Assembly: GCA_964016885.1 (NCBI GenBank)
Contig: OZ024743.1
Span: 169,198,001-169,262,000 of the forward strand
Reading direction: 5' to 3'
DNA: 64,000 bases
From: Eledone cirrhosa
Lineage: Eukaryota
The notes below the pieces were generated by a model, which saw only the letters and a list, made by a program, of their open reading frames with translations, did not search any database and had not been told where the DNA came from. A program made the translations under genes and the position numbers. This document shows positions 1-11,373 of the stretch, in pieces; the stretch's first letter is position 1, and every line of letters starts with the position of its first letter.

Positions 1-199
1 ATATATACTATATATATATATACATATATACTATATATAAATACTATATATATACTACATACATATATATACTATATATATATATTAATAATGTACTATA
101 TATATATACTCTATATATGTATATATATGTATGTATACTATATATTTATATATATGTATATATACTACATGTATACTATATATATACATATATAGTATA

Positions 200-2075
200 G
201 TTAAATATATATATAGTATAGTTGAATACAGAGAATAAAAAACATAGAGGCAGTACAAATGATATGGTTTTTAGTTTCACGCTTGAGAGTGGGGGATGGG
301 GGAGGCCGGAGAACAGTGGGTAGGAAGAGAGTTCCAAGGGTGTATGGGGAGTGGTGGAAATACATCTAAAAAGGGGGAGGGGAGGAAAAACAATATTTTT
401 AGACAGTAAAGGACATTTTTTATAAGTACAAATAAAAATTTAAATAAAAACCAAAAAGGTGTGAGGCGTGTTGGGGTGGTGGTGGATGGAGGGAGGCTTG
501 AGAGGGGAGAGGGAGGTGTGGGCCGAGCGGGGAGGGCTGAAGGTGGTGTTTGTGCATGGGTGCAGGTATACGTGTGTGTGTATGGGAATGTGAGAGTTGC
601 GTGAAGAACGAGGTTCCATGTTCAGGTAAAAGGGAAACCGGTGTGTACGTGGGGTTGGGGTGTAAGTCGGTGTGTGCGGGCGTGTGGATAGAGAGCGGTG
701 TGGGAGGGGGCGCGTGTTGTACGGAGGCTGAGTGTGTTTATGTGGGTATACGCACGTGTGTGTTCGTGTTTATATGTGGTGTAGATGTAGGCGGCGTGGC
801 TCGAAAATAATGTGTTTGTTCGTGTGTATGTTCCTAAGATATTTCCATGGAGTGTGAGACAAGATGGAACGATGCCCGGTGGTGTGTAATCCTGGTGTGG
901 TTGTGCGGAAGTGGAGACATGTGGGGTGCGCGCGCAATAGGAAGTGGTCAGAGGGTCAAGGCAGGGTGAAGAGATAGCAGTAGATGAGGATGACCGTTAA
1001 AGAAAGGGTCTGTGGTGTGGACTGTGTGTCTGTGTGCGGAGTTGCGGTGGACAGGGAAGAGGATGGATAGGTGTGAAAGGTGGAGGAGGAAGGTGGTGGT
1101 GTGGGGGATGGTGTATATATTAGTGGGGATGTTAGTGGGATGTGTGTGTGGGAGTGTAGGGGGAGCGTGGAGAAAGAGATGGAGAGAAAGGGTGTTGAGG
1201 CCGGAGGAGGAGGTGTAGTGTACTGGTGTGTGCGTGTTTGGTTATGAGTGTGTGTGGTAGAGAGGGTGTGTGTTCGTGTATGGGGGTGAGGGGGAAGGTG
1301 GCTTGGGGGCTGTTATTATTTGGAGGGTCCACCAAGGGTGTGGGCCGGTGAAACTGAGGAGTGTGTTAGAGGTGTTAGTGGGGGATGTGTGTGTGGGAAG
1401 GGGTGTCGAAGGCTAAAGGAATAGGGTTGGGTAGTTCAAACGGGAGGGGGGGGGTATGTAGTGTGAAGATTGTGTGTTGTGGGACAGTGAGGCGTGTGGC
1501 GGGTGTCCCATGGCATTGGATCAGGCCACAAAAGTGGCGGGCGAGGAGGGAACTCTCGCCGAGAGGAGGACCGAGCCGTGAACCGATCCGCCAGGCGACG
1601 GCGAGTCTGTCCGACGTATGTTGCGGTGCACTCCAATGAACGAAGTCCGTAGATGAGGTTGGAGAAGGTGCAGCTGAAGGCGTGCCGGACAGAAGAGAGT
1701 GGCCGTTGGCACATGGAAGGTAATCTTGTTCGTGATGTGGGGGCAGGTGTGGCAGCGAAGCCTGGAGAAGGGAAGGGAACGTGGGGGAGCGTGGGATGGG
1801 GGGGGGGGGTCTGGAGGTGCGGATGAGGAGGAATCGGAGATTACGTGCGCATTTGAAGCAGGGGAGGGGTGAGGATGGGAAGATGGGGGAGGTGGAGGGG
1901 TCGAACTGGAGGCGGACGATGGTGGTGTGGAGATGTATAGTGTATATATGCTAACGAAGGAGTTGTGGTAAGGAAACAAATAGACCATAACGCACCAGAG
2001 TACTCAATACTTAGAGTAGTAGAGTGGGTAATAAAAAATGTATGACCCCGACGGCACGGGATCATACATTTTCCT
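200..2075 (-). mobile_element. Degenerate Penelope-like element 3' portion (Neptune-type linker plus GIY-YIG remnant and C-rich 3' UTR)
   Basis: Frameshifted minus-strand peptides SRLRCHTCPHIT and FSCTFSNLIYGLRSLECTATYVGQTRRRLADRF (1560-1770) match the PLE Cys linker and GIY-YIG core; flanked by (TA)n on both sides. Confidence 0.7.
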
Positions 2076-2082
2076 ATATATA

Positions 2083-2139
<57 letters not shown>

Positions 2140-2190
2140 ATATATATACTGAATATATATATGTATATACTATATATATATTTATATATA

Positions 2191-2250
<60 letters not shown>

Positions 2251-2401
2251 ATACTTTGGGAGGGTCATGTTGCCAATAAGAAACACACGCACCAGTTGCT
2301 TTCACTTCAATTTAATTTAATATATATTTATAAATTTACAAATTTATAAATTTCTGGTTGGTTGGTTGGTTCCACAACCAGATAGTTGTTTATATATATA
2401 T

Positions 2402-2446
2402 AGTCATAGTTCTTTCGTCACACACTCTGCGACCTCTTCAGTGACT
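2402..2446 (-). ncRNA. Hammerhead ribozyme (inverted copy of 7378-7422)
   Basis: Same motif with one A>G in stem II that gives a G-U pair. Confidence 0.9.
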
Positions 2447-2743
2447 GGGGATTTCTTTCTTCGTTTCTGTGCCTTTCCTTTCTTCTATCCTACGCCATTT
2501 TGTTTGTGTGTGGGTTGCGTGCTAAGTTTGCGCATGCGCCACATCTGGGTGTCTGTGTGCGTTTGTGTTCATTTTTCTATTTTTCTATTTATATTTGTTT
2601 GTTTATTTATTTATTTATTGTTGGTTGGTTGTTTGTTCTATGTGTGTGTGTGTTTTCATTTTGTCTTGTGTGTGTTTTCATTTTGTGTGTGTTTTCAATT
2701 GTAAGTTGTTTGTTCTATGTGTGTGTGTGTTTTCATTTTGTCC

Positions 2744-3802
2744 TTAATTGTAAGTTGTGATGTTGTTGTTCCACTCATATTTTCTATTTAATTTTGGTTT
2801 TAATTCTTTTATGCTTACTGCCTCTGTAATTTGCCTAAACATTGCGTCTTTTTTGTGTGTGGATTCTATTTTTATTTCTATGCTCTCTAATTTACCCCTG
2901 TGTTCTATCTTAGCATGTTGGTAGAGCACAGATGATTCTTTACTATCTTGGAGGTCTCGCCAGTGTTCATTTATTCGTTCCCCTATACTACGAGCTGTCT
3001 CACCTATGTACACTATATTTTTGTTTCTACATTGTCCTTCAGTACATCTTATGCTATATACTACATTTCTAGTTTTACAGTTAATATGGGGGCTTATTTT
3101 ACAGGTTATACATTTCTTATCTATACATGAGGGTCTTTGGAACGGGTATGTCTTGCTAATAAGTGTTTTTACGGAGGTACCAGGTCTTTCTACTATCTTA
3201 ATATTGAGATTATGTTTCTTTAGGGCCCTTCTAAATTTGTAGGCTAGTTCGCCTCTAGGGGTTGTATTGATGAACATTACACTCTGGTATTTATTGCTAT
3301 CATACCATGAGTTTATTCTATTGGCCTTGTTCTTAGTTCTTTCTATTCTATTCCAAAATTTGCTCCTATACAAGGGGCAGGTCCCATTTATGTCATTATT
3401 TACCATTTTTTCCCATTTGGTTCTGGCTCCTTTATACACTCTGATTCTATCTCTCTGATTGTAGCCAGAGAACTGCATACGGTGGATGAAGTGTTGTATG
3501 TGTCTCTCTAGTTCTTCGGGGTTGCACATGCGGGACACATTTCTCATCACCCGTACCAAATCCGCAATCAGTATGTTGATTTTGGTATGGTCCGAAATGG
3601 CCGAGTTTCGGTGGATCAGATGTTTGGAAGTCATGGGTTTGGCATAATGGGAATGGAGGATTTGTTTTTGGTTGTTAATAGTATCTAACCAGAGCTCTGT
3701 GTCTAGTACAGGTAATCGATGGTTGGGGTGTCTACTTGGGTAGTCTATAGTAACTCTAATGCTCTGGTGGATGGAGTTTGCTATTTGCTGGATGCTTTCC
3801 AT
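2744..3802 (-). pseudogene. Inverted duplicate of the PLE thumb plus GIY-YIG region
   Basis: Translation identical to the last 352 aa of the 4384-7080 ORF. Confidence 0.95.
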
Positions 3803-3803
3803 T

Positions 3804-4439
3804 TATGGAAACACGGAAATAGATAATAATGAAATGTCTGTGTTACGTCTGCCACCCAAATTTGCGACATTCAAGAAGGTAAATATGATTAGTTGTCTGT
3901 CAGAAATAGAAAAATCATTTACGAAACTACGCTGGAGCATCAAAAACAAAAACAAAAGCAACAATATACGCACACACATATACAACACACATCCCAACAA
4001 CAACAGACACACAGACACAAACAACAATAACAACAACAATAGCAACATACCCAGATACAACACCAACAATAGCAACATACCCAGATACAACAGACACGCA
4101 GACACAAACAACAATAACAACACACACGGAGACAACAATAACAACAACACACACATCAACAACAACAACAACAGCAACATACCCAGATACAACAATACAC
4201 ACATCAACAACAACAACAACAGCAACATACCCAGATACAACAACAACAGACACGCAAACACAAACAACAATAACAACACACACAACAACGATAACACACA
4301 CACACACGGAGACAACAACACACATCAACAACAACACACATCAACAACAACACACATCAACAACAACAACACACACACATTCAATGCCTCTCACCACCAC
4401 TACAATCTTAACAAACACACAGACACAGAAAACAAGTAA
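3804..4439 (+). pseudogene. N-terminal part of the PLE ORF plus Asn-rich minisatellite, out of frame with the RT ORF
   Basis: LRLPPKFA...EIEKSFTKLRW resembles PLE N-terminal motifs; followed by NNNSNIPRY repeats; frame differs from 4384-7080. Confidence 0.65.
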
Positions 4440-7080
4440 TGACAGTAGCACAGAAATCAGAGAAATAAGAGAAAGTAATAGGATTAAAAGGAGTAGGGAG
4501 ACTAAGGACAAAGAGAATAACCAAGACGAACACACAGACACACAAAATAGGGTAGATAACAACATTGAGCCAGTGGAAAGAGACAGGAGTAATTATGAGA
4601 GACATAGAAACAACCATGAAGCTGAGGCTGCTGCTGTTGGTGGAAATAGAAACAACACAACTAACAATAGCACTAGTACACATAAAGCAGCAGCCTGGAA
4701 CTCTCCGTTTTATAACCCCTCCGATAAATCATTCGACCTACGACGAGTCCACGCCACGACTTTGCCATTTAACAAACGCACGCAGTTGCCGTCGCAGGTC
4801 GATGAACAAACAGAAGCACAATTTAGTATAGCTAAATCCGAACTTAGAAATATTATAGAAGAGTATAGCAAGAAGCATAATAGAATAGAGGCCCAGCAAC
4901 TGGGAGAAGAATCTGCAAATGGCTTGCGTAAGCTCATGCAGCGCTCGCGTAATGGAGAGATAGCATGCTTTCCAACAGACAAGTCTGGCAGAATGTCGGT
5001 TGACAGCCTGCCAAACTACATCCAGGCAATGCAACCCCACATCACTAACACAAGAGAGGTAACACCACAGGAGCATGAGGATAGAGAAAAAACCCTCAAT
5101 GCCCATATGGTGATGTGGACAAATATAATGCAGCCCAACAAAAGGACTGCCAACAACTTCCAGGCCTGGAACAATGACGTGCCGGCGTTGTATGGGCTTC
5201 GAAAAGACCATAAAACGGGCTGGGACCCTGTCGCGGGACCACCAACACGGCCAGTCTGTGGGGCTAACATTGCTAGTAACTACAGACTGTCCTACTTCCT
5301 CTCCCTGATCATACGCCCCATCATTGAGATGTCCCCAGATGTGTGTGACAGCACGGAGGACCTCCTCAGCAGAATCGGCGCGGGTAACCGATCTGGGGAC
5401 CTAACAAACTGCATAATAGGCAGTATGGATGTTGTGTCCCTGTATCCATCTATTGACGTGGATTTTGCTGTGGAGAAATGCGTCGAAATGATCAGCGAGA
5501 GCAAGGTTGAGTTCCGTGGGATTGATACCAGTGAGCTGGGACTTCTACTTAAGCTTACCCATAGTAATAGTTACCTAGACACTTATGACCTTAGCAACCT
5601 GTGCCCTACAAGACCAGCAAGAGGCAGACCACCTACCATTACCTCAATGGCCAAGAAAACCCACACAGATAGATGGAACGGGTGGACCAGAGCCATACGG
5701 ACACCCGAAAACCACGATGAACTGAAGAAAATGATTGCACATGCGGTAGGGGCCAGCATAAAATTAACCCTTAAGGAACATATGTTCAAATTTAATGGTA
5801 AAACATATGCCCAAGAGGAAGGAGCAGCCATTGGTGTTAGCATTGCAGGCGACATAGCTAACTTGTTCATGGTATGGTGGGACAGTAGACTTAAACAAAA
5901 ACTTAATGAACAATTAGAAGACAGCTTAACCCTGATAATGTACTCCCGCTACGTAGATGATATAAACATCGTAGTTAAGACACCCCCACTAAAGAACAGT
6001 CAGGAACCAGAGAAAAACACAATGGAAAGCATCCAGCAAATAGCAAACTCCATCCACCAGAGCATTAGAGTTACTATAGACTACCCAAGTAGACACCCAA
6101 ACCATCGATTACCTGTACTAGACACAGAGCTCTGGTTAGATACTATTAACAACCAAAAACAAATCCTCCATTCCCATTATGCCAAACCCATGACTTCCAA
6201 ACATCTGATCCACCGAAACTCGGCCATTTCGGACCATACCAAAATCAACATACTGATTGCGGATTTGGTACGGGTGATGAGAAATGTGTCCCGCATGTGC
6301 AACCCCGAAGAACTAGAGAGACACATACAACACTTCATCCACCGTATGCAGTTCTCTGGCTACAATCAGAGAGATAGAATCAGAGTGTATAAAGGAGCCA
6401 GAACCAAATGGGAAAAAATGGTAAATAATGACATAAATGGGACCTGCCCCTTGTATAGGAGCAAATTTTGGAATAGAATAGAAAGAACTAAGAACAAGGC
6501 CAATAGAATAAACTCATGGTATGATAGCAATAAATACCAGAGTGTAATGTTCATCAATACAACCCCTAGAGGCGAACTAGCCTACAAATTTAGAAGGGCC
6601 CTAAAGAAACATAATCTCAATATTAAGATAGTAGAAAGACCTGGTACCTCCGTAAAAACACTTATTAGCAAGACATACCCGTTCCAAAGACCCTCATGTA
6701 TAGATAAGAAATGTATAACCTGTAAAATAAGCCCCCATATTAACTGTAAAACTAGAAATGTAGTATATAGCATAAGATGTACTGAAGGACAATGTAGAAA
6801 CAAAAATATAGTGTACATAGGTGAGACAGCTCGTAGTATAGGGGAACGAATAAATGAACACTGGCGAGACCTCCAAGATAGTAAAGAATCATCTGTGCTC
6901 TACCAACATGCTAAGATAGAACACAGGGGTAAATTAGAGAGCATAGAAATAAAAATAGAATCCACACACAAGAAAGACGCAATGTTTAGGCAAATTACAG
7001 AGGCAGTAAGCATAAAAGAATTAAAACCAAAATTAAATAGAAAATATGAGTGGAACAACAACATCACAACTTACAATTAA
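4384..7080 (+). CDS. PLE reverse transcriptase plus GIY-YIG endonuclease (898 aa open frame)
   Basis: TDKSG, YGLRKDHK, RPV, SMDVVSLYPSID, GAAIG, YSRYVDD, LPVLD; CxxxxCxxC linker; VVYSIRC...YIGETARSIGERINEH; RQITEAVSI..KPKLN. Confidence 0.95.
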   Translation: MPLTTTTILTNTQTQKTSNDSSTEIREIRESNRIKRSRETKDKENNQDEHTDTQNRVDNNIEPVERDRSNYERHRNNHEAEAAAVGGNRNNTTNNSTSTHKAAAWNSPFYNPSDKSFDLRRVHATTLPFNKRTQLPSQVDEQTEAQFSIAKSELRNIIEEYSKKHNRIEAQQLGEESANGLRKLMQRSRNGEIACFPTDKSGRMSVDSLPNYIQAMQPHITNTREVTPQEHEDREKTLNAHMVMWTNIMQPNKRTANNFQAWNNDVPALYGLRKDHKTGWDPVAGPPTRPVCGANIASNYRLSYFLSLIIRPIIEMSPDVCDSTEDLLSRIGAGNRSGDLTNCIIGSMDVVSLYPSIDVDFAVEKCVEMISESKVEFRGIDTSELGLLLKLTHSNSYLDTYDLSNLCPTRPARGRPPTITSMAKKTHTDRWNGWTRAIRTPENHDELKKMIAHAVGASIKLTLKEHMFKFNGKTYAQEEGAAIGVSIAGDIANLFMVWWDSRLKQKLNEQLEDSLTLIMYSRYVDDINIVVKTPPLKNSQEPEKNTMESIQQIANSIHQSIRVTIDYPSRHPNHRLPVLDTELWLDTINNQKQILHSHYAKPMTSKHLIHRNSAISDHTKINILIADLVRVMRNVSRMCNPEELERHIQHFIHRMQFSGYNQRDRIRVYKGARTKWEKMVNNDINGTCPLYRSKFWNRIERTKNKANRINSWYDSNKYQSVMFINTTPRGELAYKFRRALKKHNLNIKIVERPGTSVKTLISKTYPFQRPSCIDKKCITCKISPHINCKTRNVVYSIRCTEGQCRNKNIVYIGETARSIGERINEHWRDLQDSKESSVLYQHAKIEHRGKLESIEIKIESTHKKDAMFRQITEAVSIKELKPKLNRKYEWNNNITTYN

Positions 7081-7377
7081 GGACAAAATGAAAACACACA
7101 CACACATAGAACAAACAACTTACAATTGAAAACACACACAAAATGAAAACACACACAAGACAAAATGAAAACACACACACACATAGAACAAACAACCAAC
7201 CAACAATAAATAAATAAATAAACAAACAAATATAAATAGAAAAATAGAAAAATGAACACAAACGCACACAGACACCCAGATGTGGCGCATGCGCAAACTT
7301 AGCACGCAACCCACACACAAACAAAATGGCGTAGGATAGAAGAAAGGAAAGGCACAGAAACGAAGAAAGAAATCCCC

Positions 7378-7422
7378 AGTCACTGAAGAGGTCACAGAGT
7401 GTGTGACGAAAGAACTATGACT
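7378..7422 (+). ncRNA. Minimal type I hammerhead ribozyme
   Basis: AGTCA-CTGAAGA-G-GTCAC(agagtgt)GTGAC-GAAA-G(aa)C-TA|TGACT: stem I, stem II and core intact. Confidence 0.9.
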
Positions 7423-7635
7423 ATATATATATAAACAACTATCTGGTTGTGGAACCAACCAACCAACCAGAAATTTATAAATTTGTAAATTTATAAATAT
7501 ATATTAAATTAAATTGAAGTGAAAGCAACTGGTGCGTGTGTTTCTTATTGGCAACATGACCCTCCCAAAGTATAACAATATCGGTTTCAACACACGATTT
7601 CAGATAAAGAATCTTGCTAAACAAATTCAGAAACG

Positions 7636-7676
<41 letters not shown>

Positions 7677-7710
7677 CTATATATATATTTATATATATAC
7701 TATATATATA

Positions 7711-7832
<122 letters not shown>

Positions 7833-7898
7833 ATATATATATTTATATATATATGTATATATGTATATACTATATATATATTTATATATATATATACT

Positions 7899-8290
7899 CT
7901 GGTATGGATGTAGGTGGCGTGGTTCGAAACTAATATGTTTGTTCGTGTGTATGTTCCTAAGATATTTCCATGGAGTGTGAGACAAGATGTTGGAGATTTC
8001 GGGTGTCGTAGAATGGATGGTTGGAACGATGACTGGCGGTGTGAAATCCTCGTGTGGTAGTGCGGAAGTGTAGCGATGTGGGGTGCGCGCAACAGGAAGT
8101 GGTCAGAGGATCAAGTCATGGTTAAGAGATAGCAGTAGAGGAGGATGACAGGTAAAAAATGGGTCTGTGGAAATTACGCGCGAAGGAGGGGAGTGGTGGG
8201 GAGTGGAGGAGGGGGCAGGTGGAACGGGTCGGACTGGAGGCGGAGATAGATATAGAGGCGGAGGACTTGCATTGGAGGGGTAGGGTGGAG
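7899..8290 (-). mobile_element. Internally deleted relative of the 200-2075 element
   Basis: 7899-8170 resembles 775-1015; 8185-8260 resembles ~1870-1935; (TA)n flanks. Confidence 0.65.
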
Positions 8291-8581
8291 ATATATATTA
8301 TATATATATATACTATATATATATACTATATATATACTATATATATATACGATACATATATACTACATATATATAGTATATATACATATAATATATATGT
8401 AGATAAATCTACCAAAATGTACGGTAGTGTCCAATCCGTATGAAGAACTCATTGTAATACGAATATCATGAAAAGAGATGTATTCAAACATTTTTTCGAT
8501 GAAAAATACAGGAAAACAGAGTCAAGATAAATTAATAAAAATAATGAATAAACAAAGAAACAGTTCCTTATATTAAAAAAT

Positions 8582-8721
8582 TCATCATTTTACGATCGTT
8601 TCTAGGATATATATGTGTTAGTGTTGGTATGCATATCATATAGATCTATGTAAAATGTTTACAAACTATCAGAAGGTATATACATACCTACACATATATA
8701 TGCTGTCTTCAGAAATAATGA
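8582..8721 (-). ncRNA. Hammerhead ribozyme with very long stem II
   Basis: TCATTATTT-CTGAAGA-[~100-nt hairpin ATATATATGTGT...ACACATATATAT]-GAAA-CGATCG-TA|AAATGATGA. Confidence 0.75.
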
Positions 8722-10006
8722 TATTTGTTTATTGAAAATAGGTCATATGCTGTCTTCAGAAATAATTATATTTGTTCATTGAATAAAACCAACAAAGATT
8801 GAATATAATAGGTCTGTTTGGGAACAGGTTTTGAATTGACCAATAGAAAGATAGTGAAGGTCAAGATGGTAAAATAGTAGTAATAGAACCTTAATTTAGG
8901 GGTAGAGGAAGGTAGATTTCAGTTTTGGATGGAAAGAATATTATGAATGAAAGATTATTTTAGGGATGAAAATAGGTCATATGCTGTCTTCAGAAATAAT
9001 TATATTTGTTCATTGAATAAAACCAACAAAGATTTAATATAATAGGTCTGTTTGGGAACAGGTTTTGAATTGACCAATAGAAAGGTAATAACTGGCTAAA
9101 TGGTAAAATAGTAGTAATGGAACTTTAATTTAGGGGTAGAAGAAGGCAGATTTCAGTTTTGAATGGAAGGAGTATGATGAATAAAAAGGTTTTTTAGGGG
9201 TGAAAATAGGTCAGGTCGGTAAAAGGTACACGAAAAATTGCTGTTATAAAAGAATAATGTCAATGTAAATATCTAAGGAGACTAAAATTTTACGATTTTT
9301 TTAATTTTTTTTATTTTCCGTCGTTTTTAACAGCACTCTTCAATTATATCTAACTCTTATTTATCATATCTATATACATTAATATAATTTTATCTATATA
9401 AATATACCTATCAATTTAATTAACTTATTTTCTTTTAATAGATTTAAATTCCATATATTTTTTTCACTAACACTTTTATCGTAAAATTTTAGTCTCCTTA
9501 GATATTTACATTGGCATTATTCTTTTATAACAGCAATTTTTCGTGTACCTTTTACCGACCTGACCTATTTTCACCCCTAAAAAAACCTTTTCATTCATCA
9601 TACTCCTTCCATTCAAAACTGAAATCTGCCTTCTTCTACCCCTAAATTAAAGTTCCATTACTACTATTTTACCATTTAGCCAGTTATTACCTTTCTATTG
9701 GTCAATTCAAAACCTGTTCCCAAACAGACCTATCATATTAAATCTTTGTTGGTTTTATTCAATGAACAAATATAATTATTTCTGAAGACAGCATATGACC
9801 TATTTTCATCCCTAAAATAATCTTTCATTCATAATATTCTTTCCATCCAAAACTGAAATCTACTTTCCTCTACCCCTAAATTAAGGTTCTATTACTACTA
9901 TTTTACCATCTTGACCTTCACTATCTTTCTATTGGTAAATTCAAAACCTGTTCCCAAACAGACCTATTGTATTAAATAATTGTTGGTTTTTTTCAATAAA
10001 CAAATA

Positions 10007-10146
10007 TCATTGTTTCTGAAGACAGCATATATATGTGTAGGTATGTATATTCCTTCTGATAGTTTGTAAAAATTTTACATAGATCTATATGATATGCATA
10101 ACAACACTAACACATATATATCCTAGAAACGATCGTAAAATGATGA
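10007..10146 (+). ncRNA. Hammerhead ribozyme with very long stem II (inverted copy)
   Basis: TCATTGTTT-CTGAAGA...GAAA-CGATCG-TA|AAATGATGA. Confidence 0.75.
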
Positions 10147-10223
10147 TTTTTTTAATATAAGGAACTGTATATATATGTCTATAATATATATATATATACT
10201 AGATATATATATATATATATATA

Positions 10224-10297
<74 letters not shown>

Positions 10298-10528
10298 TAT
10301 ATATATATACAGTATATATATATAGAGTATATGTATATATATATATAAAGAGAAAGAGAGTATAGTTATATATATAGTATATATATACATATATATACTA
10401 TATATATATAATATATAGAATATATATAGTACTGTATCTATAAATATATTGGATATATATATAAATACATATATAGATTCTATAAGGTATGTTCCTTGTC
10501 TATGTTAAAATTTATGAAACACACTTTG

Positions 10529-10590
10529 TATTTTATCTGATGAAAGCGTACCAAAGATTTTGGTACCCTTGAAATATATATAATAGAATA
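10529..10590 (+). ncRNA. Hammerhead ribozyme in a solo PLE end (~10480-10650)
   Basis: TATTTTAT-CTGATGA-AAGcGTACCAAA(gat)TTTGGTACcCTT-GAAA-TATATA-TA|ATAGAATA; downstream GTTTCCATTTATTTAATATC shared with the 19681/22934 family. Confidence 0.85.
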
Positions 10591-10786
10591 AATATGGTTA
10601 TATAAATATAGTTTCCATTTATTTAATATCATTGTATATAGTTTCTCTCTATCACTCTCTATATATATTATATATGTAGAGTATATATATATAGAGAGAG
10701 TATATACATATATATATATAGTATATATATTGTATATATATATATATATAAATATATAGTATATATATATAAATATATATATAGTA

Positions 10787-11175
10787 TGGTGGCTGCCAAC
10801 TCGTTTTCGAGTACGGCCACTACTTTATATCCATGTAGGAGAACCCCTACCGATGCGCTGAACAAGTGTGACTTTTTAGTCCAGCCAGCGACTTGAAAAC
10901 TCTGGTACAAACATTACACTTGTGACAATTATTGACACATAGTGTTGGGCCCATGATAAGGGTTCACCTCTCCCGGTGATTTAGGATGGCCATTGAATTT
11001 TAAGAGCTCCTTTGACCTTTGACAGGTGTTGATTTTAGACCTGCAGGATGTCCAAAGTCACCCTCCTCACCTACAAACCTTGGTGGGGTTGCCAGTTTAG
11101 TCGCCAACGACCCTACCATGGCACAGGTTGTACTGGGATACATGATACCAGTAGCACCAACTGGTGATCTGACAT
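10787..11175. repeat. Dispersed non-coding repeat, internally deleted relative of 23397-23955
   Basis: Reverse-complement similarity to 23397-23558 and 23783-23955; (TA)n flanks. Confidence 0.8.
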
Positions 11176-11244
11176 AAAGTATACATATATAATATACACA
11201 CATATATATATATATAGTATATATACAGTATATAAAAATATATA

Positions 11245-11363
<119 letters not shown>

Positions 11364-11373
11364 TATATATATA

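Larger units (their letters stand above)
2243..7637 (+). mobile_element. Young Penelope-like retroelement with 1.56-kb inverted 5' arm
   Basis: 2243-3803 is the near-identical reverse complement of 6021-7581; main copy runs 3804-7637; flanked by (TA)n; HHR in both 3' ends. Confidence 0.95.
8399..10168. mobile_element. ORF-less fold-back PLE end (inverted arms 8560-9296 / 9478-10168)
   Basis: Long inverted repeat with an internal ~235-bp tandem duplication; terminus GTAGATAAATCTACC shared with the element at 26616; HHR in both arms. Confidence 0.85.
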
